DNA of 63,444 nucleotides, filler included. It is 5 parts of 5 records of this genome, joined end to end, with 100 filler letters (N's around TTAATTAATTAA, not from the genome) between each part and the next. Parts side by side here need not be neighbours in the genome. Positions count along the whole stretch, not along the records: positions 25,792 to 45,976 come from SRR2962707_4888; positions 46,077 to 63,444 come from SRR2962707_4889; 3 more parts are not named here. One strand, 5' to 3'. Numbering within the stretch: the first letter of the stretch is position 1; every line of letters begins with the position of its first letter. The notes beneath the pieces are model-generated. The model was not told the DNA's origin. It made no database searches and worked only from the letters and a program-made list of their open reading frames with translations. This document shows positions 39,801 to 48,336 of this stretch, piece after piece. The translations under genes and the position numbers were made by a program.

Positions 39801-41033
39801 TGCATCACCCACATCCTGCACATCGGAAACAACCTTGTCGGATGTCCGTGCCAGGATGTGTGTCTGGTGCGCCAGATTATCCTCGATATCCTTGGTGCGG
39901 CTATGAACCCGGTCCGCCGTCGCCACCAGGTCCGTCGCCTGACGCTGTAACAGATCCCGCATGCGTTCGATCTGGGTCTGTGCTTCGGCATTTCGCTTCG
40001 ACATGTCTTCGGCACTGTCGCCAAGCATCGTTGCGCTGGAACGCATCTGCCTGTCAGCCTCACCAGAGATATCGACCAATTCCGCAATCCTATCGCGAAC
40101 GGCTTCCCCGATGGCCTGCAATGTGCCGGTCGTGTCTTCGGCCCGTGAATTCGCCTCGTTCATGCTGTCGCGCAGGGCATCCGTACGCTCGTCGAACAGA
40201 TGCGCCGTTTCCTGTGCACGTTGCGATGCCGTATTGGCGGCCAGATAAAGTTCCTGCGTCCGCTTGCCGATCACCTCAGTCAGGTCTTCAGCGCGTGAAG
40301 AAGCCCTGTCGGATGACACCGTCAGGTCATAGGCGTGCTTTTGCAGAACCTCACCGACACCACGTGCCCTTTCCGTCGCATGATCCGCCGCCTGCGCCAG
40401 ATCCTCGGTCTGACGTCGCAGGGCATCGGCCACGGCATGGGCGCGAAGATCAGCGTCCTCTGAAACGCGCGAAAGCTCCAACGCACGCTCCCGGACAAGT
40501 TTGCTGACGGCCTCGCCGCGCCGCATTGCATCTTCGGTGGCGCGATTCAGGTCCTTGGTTTGCTGGCGGAGCGAGTCTGTGACCTCCCGCAGACGCGACT
40601 GCGCGTGGTCACCGGGGTAGATCATTTGGCGCATCTGCCAGCGCAATGCCGCCGCCTCGTGCTGAATATTGGCACCACGATGATAGGAAATGACCACAAC
40701 CCACAAAAGCGCAACTGGCGTCGCGACCCCTGCGGCCAGGCCGCCGATTTCATGCGGTAGCAGTGCCGCTAGATTGTTCCATCCGAGATTGAGTTCCACG
40801 AACTGATATGAAAACCAGAACCATATTGCCGTCGCCGCAATGGCACCGGCCGGCAACAATTTCCAACGCACCCAAAACGGTGTCGGAGGCGCAAGTTCAA
40901 TATCTTCAAGCGAACCGGACGAGGGTGGAACGACAGAACGGTCGTCAGGAATCATTGCCCCGAGGCTGTCGGCAATGTCTTTCTGCGGATTTCCGCCGTC
41001 ACTGTCGGTTCTGCCGGCAGCTTTATCTGCCAT
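36876..41033 (-). CDS. Large membrane-anchored coiled-coil protein, TipN/GPR(RgsE)-like polar scaffold
   Basis: Two N-terminal TM helices, ~1,100 aa of helical repeats, C-terminal FREYVTRYLEEFE..FLSSDMGKVYMVLARALDR. Confidence 0.7.
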   Translation of the reverse strand: MADKAAGRTDSDGGNPQKDIADSLGAMIPDDRSVVPPSSGSLEDIELAPPTPFWVRWKLLPAGAIAATAIWFWFSYQFVELNLGWNNLAALLPHEIGGLAAGVATPVALLWVVVISYHRGANIQHEAAALRWQMRQMIYPGDHAQSRLREVTDSLRQQTKDLNRATEDAMRRGEAVSKLVRERALELSRVSEDADLRAHAVADALRRQTEDLAQAADHATERARGVGEVLQKHAYDLTVSSDRASSRAEDLTEVIGKRTQELYLAANTASQRAQETAHLFDERTDALRDSMNEANSRAEDTTGTLQAIGEAVRDRIAELVDISGEADRQMRSSATMLGDSAEDMSKRNAEAQTQIERMRDLLQRQATDLVATADRVHSRTKDIEDNLAHQTHILARTSDKVVSDVQDVGDALREDARQLEVTSQQVTERVRGTGEAFRVQAREMSDAADTAAERAENVGNLLRRDSDELAAISERVLGEVARVGEELRRRSDQVEDTADRSIERFTEAGEALGEQAGNMARTANQSVLRLDEAGEALRRRSADIDSVSDTADARLSRLSELLSDTVSEVTQSADKGVADVTRAAHALSHGAAAVRQGAEGVSEAARATHEDLSQVVDTTTQAQRTMADLGRQAKDQVLELGAVSAKAEQGIERVSESLQNHADRLALVSAKSANILADAGEVIRRETTNIDHSSNTAKARLVAVGEDLSERLRDLLSASDQASAQIGAVSEIFTNNSQTLGKLSDLAIEDIDKVGHVLENRSQQVAQASDRAAQLLNLVTDLLHRQSEDLGTISGRAYADIEGVGDVIKERAIQVDTVSETVRRRLVDAGEMLQEGTNELSAAADHATGRVELTANAMQKSASQMRETSSDALSRLEDIGRRLMREVETATGATDRAAENLAGISGSLRQNHIELDNSLEKTRERMNDVGQILHKSSEDLTSTYESATTHVQRFSDLLNQQVSGLTNSSNEAAARLSRVGEEMQSRSHEMSTTADRASQLMSLVSDALHRHSGEVLQAAERASSQVETVNAELRDGARDLSDASQRGVQEMSEFGQALRERFQEVSIVARKATAQLEEATDGLKHRGNILETTSEDAVDRLERVGEVIGQRASEASMAADLNVSKLTRAAETLRTQIHESGDRTDTIVEQLEGGTEGLRRQLQDLTTTYNRAERGLEALGEALARRAQELSSTTDLALGKVGAWDKSVRSHVDALSKATADVARKSHEINQVLDSRTEDVRSASNEASALLATLKERTDKTSLEEFTRQATFISERLQSLAVDVSRVLETQVSEEDWRRFNKGEKGIFVRKLLGFRERAKLQQIRQTYQEDSTFREYVTRYLEEFEMLLDEASKRDPNSMLHATFLSSDMGKVYMVLARALDRDM

Positions 41034-41122
41034 GATCCCAACCTCCGGGCATATTAAGGGACATCAATGTTAAGTCCCAATATCATGCGCCGTAAACCTG
41101 ATTTTGATACATATATTGTGTA

Positions 41123-44100
41123 TTACGTGGATAACTCTGTGATCAAATCAACGAAACGCTCTGCTGTGGCACCATCCATGGTCTCGCCAAACAGGGCATT
41201 GCGGTATCTGGCTCGCAGTTCCGTCCCCGCATCCGGTGTCTTGAGCGCCAAGTCGACGGCTCGGGCCAGATCATCGATCTTGCCGATTTCGCGTCCGACC
41301 TCGCGCCAACGCCATTCGATCCCCTGTGGATCATATCCCTCTTCATCAGCCGTGTGCTCGGGATTGCGCAACAGCAGTATGGGACGATCTACAGCCAAGA
41401 AATCAAAGAAAACACTCGAAACATCACTGAGAAGAACATCCGCGGCCTTAAGATACGGCAGTATATGCGCATCCGGGTCATCGACGAGAACCACCCGATC
41501 ATGTTCCCTGGCAGCCTTGGCCCAGGTTTCGATCCACTCTGGCTGGCGGACGAACATTTCCGGATGGGGCTTGATGACAAGCGTCACATCGTGACGGCTT
41601 CCACGGATAAGTTCGACAATGTTCTCGCCAAGCATCGCTGGTGATGACATTTGCGCCCTGTGACCGGGCGCATAAAGCACCGTTTTGGTGGCATCCATCA
41701 GTGCCCGGGGGGTCTGCAGAGCATCCCCCCTGAACAGCGGGTCCAACGGCAGATGCCCGATCACCCTGAGCTGCAATTCATCAATCAAACCCATTTTAAC
41801 CCAGGCATCACCAACGATCGGCCCCGGTGCGCAAACGATGTCTGCCCCCTCAAAAGCGGCCCTAAACCGCTTTTGCGAAGCCAGGAACACCGGTGCCGCG
41901 ATAATCAGCGCATTAGGCACTAATTCCCGGACCTGCGCTGTTTGCGTGCCGCCGACAACCACAACATCCGGTTTGAACTCAACGAGATCGCGTCCATCCG
42001 AGGTCAGCAACGGCCAATGTGCAGACTGCGCCTGACGGAACAGAGCCGATAAGGGGAAGTATTGTTCAGCACCGTTGAAATGCAGTGCAACACGGCGCGC
42101 AGTTCCATCACGTTCAACAAGCTTCCGCCCGTCACGTTCGACGCCAAGGCTCATTTCACCGGCATGCGCGAACAGATTTCCCGGCGCCAGCTTGAGTGCA
42201 TCCTTGAAAGACTGCACAGCTTCCGCCCGCCGACCCGCGCTTTTCCGCGCATAGCCCAGATGGACCAAGGCCTCGATCCGTTTCGGGCTAAGACGCAGAC
42301 TACGTTCCAGCGATTTCACCGCTTCATCTGCCGCGCCGACACGCCGGTATGCCGCCCCCAGCAGATAGTGCGCATCGGCATTTTCGGGTGCCAGCGTCAC
42401 GGCTTCCTGCAAATACGCGATACCATCCTGCTGGTCGCCCCGCAGAAAGAGAGCCTTGCCGAGATCAAGCCGCGCATCGACCGCCGCCGGATTTCCGGCA
42501 ACCGCTTTCTCAAAATAATTCACGGCCTTGTTCAGGTCATGAGACTCCGCCATCAATTCGCCCATGAACTGATTGGCCAGAGGATCGGCGGGGTTTTGCG
42601 CCAATGCATTCTGGAAATATTCAGCGGCGGCCTTATCAGATCCCTGCCTTCTGGCCGTAATGCCGAGATCAACCATCGAAACGCCAGAAGATTGCTCACC
42701 GCTTTCCGGCTGCGCTTGCTGAGCTGCCGGTGTCAGCCGAATGACGCCCATCTTTGCCAGCCACCCCAGCGTTCTGGGGAGCCTGTAGCGGCGCCGTTCC
42801 GGCAAAAGCTCTGCAATCTGAATGACTTCAACCGCATCACGTTCAGATAAATGCGACAGGACGTGTTCCTGCTCATCCGGTTCCAGCATGGCATGCCCGG
42901 CCGTATCATTGATCGGGTTGGCGCGCAGCCGGGCAAGACGGTTGGACACCCCCTCGCCGCGGACAAGACCCGGGGCCAGCGACACCCTGGAATGTTCGGA
43001 TATGGCGTGGGTGGCATACGACTGAAAAACCGAAAACGGATCATCAAGGTGCGGGATCGCCGGACGCCCGGGGATTGGCGGCGCGATTTCAGCCGCATCG
43101 GATCTGATCCGGCGCAGTTCCGACCACAATGCCTGATGGCGACGGATGACAACCGGCCAGTCGTAGGTCTGCAGCGCAGTCTTACGGGCTGCATCACTCA
43201 ACTTGCGGCGATGATCCATGTCCCCGGCCAGAGCTTCGAAGGTTTCTGCCGCAGCCCGTATATCAATCGAGGTGGCCTGACTGACCGTCCCGGCCAGGAA
43301 CATATCGGCGCGAATGCCATCGGCACCCATGATTGTGTTTTCCGGCGCCAGCGTCAGGTCACCGCCGCTTTCCGCCAACGGCAACCAGGTCGGCACGAGA
43401 TACCCGTTTTCGGCATTGGCGACGATATCTCGGTTTGCCCCCCAGTCCGCCGCAACCACCGGCAGGCCAGCGGCCATAGCCTCAAGTATTTCCGTATCCA
43501 CACCATGCCCGACCGCATCATCAAAAGCCGCATAGGCATCTGCAGCAAACCAGACGCGATCACGAATATCAGCTTCACGCCCGTCCAGAAAAATGGCATT
43601 CACAGCCGGGGCGAACTCGCGAATAGCTTCACGGTATGCCCTTTCGATTTTTTCATTATCGAACCAACCGGCCTGCAGCAGATGAATTCGTACACCGGTC
43701 CGTCTAGCCGTGGCTTCAAGTGCAAGATACAGCGGCGTCGGATGTGCACGCTGATAGAAAGCGAAATTGCCTGTCGTCAGGACACAGAAATCGTCCTCAC
43801 GGATGCCGAGCCGGCGCCGCACACCATCACGCAATCCCTGAGTTTCCTCAGTCGCCTGATAAACACTGGCGTTGATGCCTGGCGGAACGACGAAACTGAC
43901 ACCACCGAAACTGTGTTCGCCTCCCATGCGGAAGCCGAGATACTCGCTTTGCTTCGCCAACAGGCGTTCCGCTGCCTGCTTGATGGTTTTTGAGGGATAG
44001 ACCACCGCATCCCAATGCTGAGCCGGTGCAATCAACAAATCACAGAGTGCCGCCTGTGTTGAGGCAGCCCCCAGATTCTCAATCTCGCCGACAACCGAAT

Positions 44101-44452
44101 AATGGCGTTGGCCGAAGGTCCGGCGACGCCACATCAATGGTCCGATTTCGGCCCCAGAAAGCCTGAGCACAGGTGCATCCTTGAAGCCCTTGCGATCCCC
44201 GGGCGCCACATAACGGCATTCACGTTGTTTGGTATCTGCCTTGGCAACCCTGCTCACGAAATCATCGAAATCATCCGGGTCGTGGGACTGACAGAAAAAG
44301 GCGGGCACGCCACTATGCTTGACGAATGCGCCCAGAAACGAGCCGGCCGGACGCGGACGCGCATCGATTTCGCGGCGATAGAAATGCACCGCGTTTTCGA
44401 CGCCGTTGTCCGTGGTCTTGCTGACCTTCACCGGTTTAACGTGAACCGCCAT
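41123..44452 (-). CDS. GT4 glycosyltransferase + TPR + CDP-glycerol glycerophosphotransferase-like fusion
   Basis: EAMAAGLPVVAADW; TPR helices; LYAP..IKPHP..ADVLLSDVSSVFFDFLAVDRPI. Confidence 0.8.
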   Translation of the reverse strand: MAVHVKPVKVSKTTDNGVENAVHFYRREIDARPRPAGSFLGAFVKHSGVPAFFCQSHDPDDFDDFVSRVAKADTKQRECRYVAPGDRKGFKDAPVLRLSGAEIGPLMWRRRTFGQRHYSVVGEIENLGAASTQAALCDLLIAPAQHWDAVVYPSKTIKQAAERLLAKQSEYLGFRMGGEHSFGGVSFVVPPGINASVYQATEETQGLRDGVRRRLGIREDDFCVLTTGNFAFYQRAHPTPLYLALEATARRTGVRIHLLQAGWFDNEKIERAYREAIREFAPAVNAIFLDGREADIRDRVWFAADAYAAFDDAVGHGVDTEILEAMAAGLPVVAADWGANRDIVANAENGYLVPTWLPLAESGGDLTLAPENTIMGADGIRADMFLAGTVSQATSIDIRAAAETFEALAGDMDHRRKLSDAARKTALQTYDWPVVIRRHQALWSELRRIRSDAAEIAPPIPGRPAIPHLDDPFSVFQSYATHAISEHSRVSLAPGLVRGEGVSNRLARLRANPINDTAGHAMLEPDEQEHVLSHLSERDAVEVIQIAELLPERRRYRLPRTLGWLAKMGVIRLTPAAQQAQPESGEQSSGVSMVDLGITARRQGSDKAAAEYFQNALAQNPADPLANQFMGELMAESHDLNKAVNYFEKAVAGNPAAVDARLDLGKALFLRGDQQDGIAYLQEAVTLAPENADAHYLLGAAYRRVGAADEAVKSLERSLRLSPKRIEALVHLGYARKSAGRRAEAVQSFKDALKLAPGNLFAHAGEMSLGVERDGRKLVERDGTARRVALHFNGAEQYFPLSALFRQAQSAHWPLLTSDGRDLVEFKPDVVVVGGTQTAQVRELVPNALIIAAPVFLASQKRFRAAFEGADIVCAPGPIVGDAWVKMGLIDELQLRVIGHLPLDPLFRGDALQTPRALMDATKTVLYAPGHRAQMSSPAMLGENIVELIRGSRHDVTLVIKPHPEMFVRQPEWIETWAKAAREHDRVVLVDDPDAHILPYLKAADVLLSDVSSVFFDFLAVDRPILLLRNPEHTADEEGYDPQGIEWRWREVGREIGKIDDLARAVDLALKTPDAGTELRARYRNALFGETMDGATAERFVDLITELST

Positions 44453-44476
44453 CAACCTCCCCCCGGGCCATGCGGA

Positions 44477-45235
44477 TCAGAACAGGTGCTGGCCACCGGT
44501 CACCCAAACCTCGGTGCCGGTAACGTACTGGCTGTCTTCCGAACATAGATAATAGATCGTCCCGGCGACATCTGCGGGCGTGCCCATACGCTGCAACGGA
44601 ATACGCGGGATCAGCAGGTCATATTCAGGTCCGACCATCTCGGTTTCGATTTCACCCGGCGCAACGGCATTGACCCGGACATCAAGCTCGGCAAACTCAT
44701 TTGCCATTTCACGGGTCAGGCCAGAAAGCGCGGTTTTTGAAATCGAATAGGCAGAACCCGCAAACGGATGAATGTAATGTCCGGCAATGGAGGTGATATT
44801 CACGATTGCCCCCTTGCCCTTGTGCAGTTCACTCGCGAAGCCGCGCGACAATTTCAGCGGGGCGAAAAAATTCAGCTCGAATACATCATGCCAGGCGTCG
44901 AGATCACCGTTCAGAATGCCCAGACGTTCCTTGTAGGGCGTTTTTGGCGACATCCCCGCGTTGTTCACGAGTGCATGCAGCGGTGCGCCGTCGAGCGCTT
45001 TCTTGGCCCCTTCTATGAAGTTCTTGATGCTGTCATCGTCACCAAGGTCTGTCGGGATATGGCATGTCCATTTTGGCTCACGCTTGCAGGCTTCGGGCGT
45101 ATCCTCGCGCGAGCAGGTGATGATATTCCAGCCCCGCTCCAGAAAAAGACGGGCCGTATAATGGCCGATCCCCCGGCTGGCGCCGGTGATGATGACGGTC
45201 TTGCGATCTTCGGGTTCTGCATCAGTGTCGTTCAT
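44477..45235 (-). CDS. SDR family oxidoreductase
   Basis: TGASRGIG, NNAG, YSISK, VNAVAPG. Confidence 0.93.
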   Translation of the reverse strand: MNDTDAEPEDRKTVIITGASRGIGHYTARLFLERGWNIITCSREDTPEACKREPKWTCHIPTDLGDDDSIKNFIEGAKKALDGAPLHALVNNAGMSPKTPYKERLGILNGDLDAWHDVFELNFFAPLKLSRGFASELHKGKGAIVNITSIAGHYIHPFAGSAYSISKTALSGLTREMANEFAELDVRVNAVAPGEIETEMVGPEYDLLIPRIPLQRMGTPADVAGTIYYLCSEDSQYVTGTEVWVTGGQHLF

Positions 45236-45349
45236 GAGCAGACGGTACTTTAAACCGGCACCTCTGGCCAGAGCTTGAAAGCACTGCGCATAAAGAGAAA
45301 TTCATGATTCCGGCGATGACGTTGCCGGTTGAATGTATATGATCATCGG

Positions 45350-45934
45350 ATGTGCTCAAACTTCGAACTCAACGCAACGCCTGGCGACATTTCAGCGGCT
45401 TTCGGGCTCGACGAAGACCCGCCCCTGCCGAACAAGGACAATCTTCGTCCAACCGACCTGTCGTTGATCATCGGCATGGACAAGATCTCCCTGTTGCAGC
45501 CATGGGGCTTGAGCATCGATTGGTCCAAACAACCGATGATCAATGCCCGAAGCGAGACACTCAGCGAGAAACCGACGTTTCGGGGCTTGGTGAACCGGCG
45601 TTGCGTGCTTCCCGCCAGCGCCTATTTTGAATGGCGTAAAACCGAGGACGGCAAAAAGCTGAAAAACCGCATATCAGTTACCGGAAAAACCGTTTTCGCC
45701 ATGGCCGGGCTGACCGACGGCGAAAAATTCACCATTGTGACCTGCACGCCTTCTCCTTCCATCGCGCACATCCATAACCGGATGCCGGTCATCCTCGAGC
45801 AGACCGCATGCGAAACGTGGCTAAGCGCCGTTCCCTATGCCTCTGTTGCAGAGCTTCTGACGCCATATGACGGCGAATTGCAGTTCGAGGAAGAGACGCC
45901 ACCTGCCCCGCTTCAGCGAGATTTGTTCAGATAG
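45350..45934 (+). CDS. SRAP (SOS response-associated peptidase, YedK/HMCES) protein
   Basis: N-terminal MC, INARSET, RRC..YFEW, IHNRMPVIL. Confidence 0.92.
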   Translation: MCSNFELNATPGDISAAFGLDEDPPLPNKDNLRPTDLSLIIGMDKISLLQPWGLSIDWSKQPMINARSETLSEKPTFRGLVNRRCVLPASAYFEWRKTEDGKKLKNRISVTGKTVFAMAGLTDGEKFTIVTCTPSPSIAHIHNRMPVILEQTACETWLSAVPYASVAELLTPYDGELQFEEETPPAPLQRDLFR

Positions 45935-45946
45935 TCCTCACCAAGT

Positions 45947-45971
45947 CGTCGCCCTGAACTTGATTCAGGGC
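45947..45971 (+). repeat. CGTC-tagged REP palindrome at contig end
   Basis: CGTC-GCCCTGAA-cttga-TTCAGGGC. Confidence 0.65.
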
Positions 45972-45976
45972 CCATA

Positions 45977-46076
45977 NNNNNNNNNNNNNNNNNNNNNNNN
46001 NNNNNNNNNNNNNNNNNNNNTTAATTAATTAANNNNNNNNNNNNNNNNNNNNNNNNNNNNNNNNNNNNNNNNNNNN
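45977..46076. other. Artificial contig linker
   Basis: N44-TTAATTAATTAA-N44. Confidence 0.99.
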
Positions 46077-46316
46077 CATGTTGACCTCGTCCGAATGGGT
46101 GGCGGCAATAATCATTTCCGCGTCGCGCGCGCCTGCACGGTCCAACACATCGGGATAGCTGGCAAAGCCCGCAATCCCCTGAACATCCAGCGTATCCGTC
46201 GCACGGCGTACCAGATCGGCGTTGCTGTCGACGATTGTCACGTCATTGCGTTCGCCAGACAAATGGCGCGCGATTTGCCAGCCGACTTGACCTGCACCGC
46301 AAATAATCACTTTCAT
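46077..46316 (-). CDS. trkA: Trk potassium uptake protein TrkA, 3'-truncated
   Basis: MKVIICGAGQVG, AATHSDEVNM; lies downstream of ntrX. Confidence 0.92.
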
Positions 46317-46456
46317 GAAAGGTTCCTTTGGTGTTGCGCCTGATAGTGGGGCAAGGCGGAAACCACCCGCTTGATCGCTGATTTGAATGACAGATGGCTT
46401 TGCAAGGGTCAATTCAAATGTCTACATGAGGGTAGCGGTAAAATGGGACCAGTGCG

Positions 46457-46927
46457 ATGAAACATTTGACAATGACTGCGGCGGTGTTGATCGGCCTTGG
46501 GGCCTGCGCCCCGTTGAACACCTATTACAAGCCCGGTGCCGATGTGGCATCGGTGCAGCGCCAGACCACCGCCTGCGAGGTCGAAGCGCTGGCCAAAGTG
46601 CCGGTTTCAAGCCAGATACGGCGCGGGCCGCCGCGTTTTGTCCCGCCGCATACCCTGTGCAACAGCGCAGGCCACTGTCGCGTCATTCCCGGTTTTTACG
46701 AGCCGGGCGCGATTTACACGGTCGACCCCAATCTTGATCTGCGCAACCGCGTCGAGGCACAATGTATGGCCGATCAAGGGTTTGTCCCTGTATCAATCCC
46801 CGCGTGTCCCGCATCAATCGCGCAAGCGGCCCCCAAGCAGACCACAACCACCCTGCCCCCGTTGAACGAAAAGTCTTGTGTGATCCGCAACGATGACGGC
46901 AGTTTCCAGATCGTCACCCAGGGTTAG
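46457..46927 (+). CDS. Cys-rich hypothetical lipoprotein
   Basis: Lipobox LGAC; several additional Cys residues. Confidence 0.75.
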   Translation: MKHLTMTAAVLIGLGACAPLNTYYKPGADVASVQRQTTACEVEALAKVPVSSQIRRGPPRFVPPHTLCNSAGHCRVIPGFYEPGAIYTVDPNLDLRNRVEAQCMADQGFVPVSIPACPASIAQAAPKQTTTTLPPLNEKSCVIRNDDGSFQIVTQG

Positions 46928-48336
46928 ATATCTGCCTCGGCATCCTCGTCGACATGGGCGATGCGGGTGCCGGATTTGGCCGATGTCACCACGCCCAAGC
47001 TCTTGAGTTTGCGGTGCAAAGCAGACCGTTCCATGCCGACAAAATTGGCGGTGCGGCTGATGTTGCCGCCGAAACGGTTGATCTGTGTCAGCAGATATTC
47101 ACGCTCGAATGCCTCGCGGGCTTCGCGCAGGGGCAAGGTTGCCAAGGCACCTGACAGCACGACGCGGCCGTCTTCCTCGGCGTTCTCTTCCTCGCCCGGC
47201 AGCTCGCGGGCCTCGATCGGGCCGGTGCCATCGCCCAGGATCAGCACCCGTTCAACAAGGTTCTTCAGCTGGCGGACGTTGCCGGGCCAGACCATTGTTT
47301 GCAGCAACGCCACGGCATCATCCGAAAACCCGCGCAACGGTAACCCTTGGCTGCTGTTGAATTCGGCGATGAAATGATCGGCAAGAACCGGTATATCCTC
47401 GCGGCGGTCCTCGAGCGACGGAACAGAAATCGGCACGACATTCAGACGGTGAAATAATTCCTCGCGGAATGTCTCGGCCTTGATCGCGGCATCCAGATCC
47501 TTGTTGGTGCTGGACACAACGCGCAAATCTACGCGCACCTTGTTCTGGCCACCCACCCGGGTGAATTGCTGATCCACCAGCACCCGCAGGATTTTCGATT
47601 GGGTGCCAAGCGGCAGGTCCGCGACCTCGTCGAAAAAGATCACGCCGCCATGGGCCTGCTCAAGCAACCCCGGCTCGATCCCACGCTCGGCGCTCTCAAT
47701 ACCAAACAGCACTTCTTCCATCCGGTCGGGGGCGACACTGGCACAGTTGACCGTCACAAAAGGTGCAGACGCACGGGCGGAATTGTTGTGAATATAACGC
47801 GCGGCAATTTCCTTGCCGGACCCCGCTGGCCCGCGCAACATCACCCGGCCATTTGATTTGGTGACCTTATCAAGCTGTCCCATCAGTGTTTTGAACGCGG
47901 TCGATGATCCGATCATATCAGCATTCACCACGTCGCGACGTTTCAGCGACAGGTTCTCGCGGCGCAGACGCGATGTTTCCATGGCGCGGCGGATCACCAC
48001 CAGTAACTGATCGATATTAAACGGCTTTTCGATGAAATCATAAGCGCCCTGCTTGATCGCGGCGACGGCGATTTCGATATTGCCATGGCCCGAAATGATC
48101 ACGACAGGCACATCGGGGTTATCGCGTTTGACGGTCTTGAGGATATCGATCCCGTCCATCTGACTGTCTTTGAGCCAGATATCCAAGATCATCAGCGCGG
48201 GTGGTTCGGCGTTGATGGCCGCCACCGCTTCGTCTGAATTACCGGCAAGACGGGTGGCAAAACCTTCGTCTTCCAGAATGTCGGAAATCAGTTCGCGAAT
48301 ATCGCGTTCATCGTCCACGATCAGGATATCACTCAT
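46924..48336 (-). CDS. ntrX: Response regulator NtrX
   Basis: REC domain (LDIWL), AAA+ domain without GAFTGA, Fis HTH GMERSALHRKLKSL. Confidence 0.95.
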   Translation of the reverse strand: MSDILIVDDERDIRELISDILEDEGFATRLAGNSDEAVAAINAEPPALMILDIWLKDSQMDGIDILKTVKRDNPDVPVVIISGHGNIEIAVAAIKQGAYDFIEKPFNIDQLLVVIRRAMETSRLRRENLSLKRRDVVNADMIGSSTAFKTLMGQLDKVTKSNGRVMLRGPAGSGKEIAARYIHNNSARASAPFVTVNCASVAPDRMEEVLFGIESAERGIEPGLLEQAHGGVIFFDEVADLPLGTQSKILRVLVDQQFTRVGGQNKVRVDLRVVSSTNKDLDAAIKAETFREELFHRLNVVPISVPSLEDRREDIPVLADHFIAEFNSSQGLPLRGFSDDAVALLQTMVWPGNVRQLKNLVERVLILGDGTGPIEARELPGEEENAEEDGRVVLSGALATLPLREAREAFEREYLLTQINRFGGNISRTANFVGMERSALHRKLKSLGVVTSAKSGTRIAHVDEDAEADI

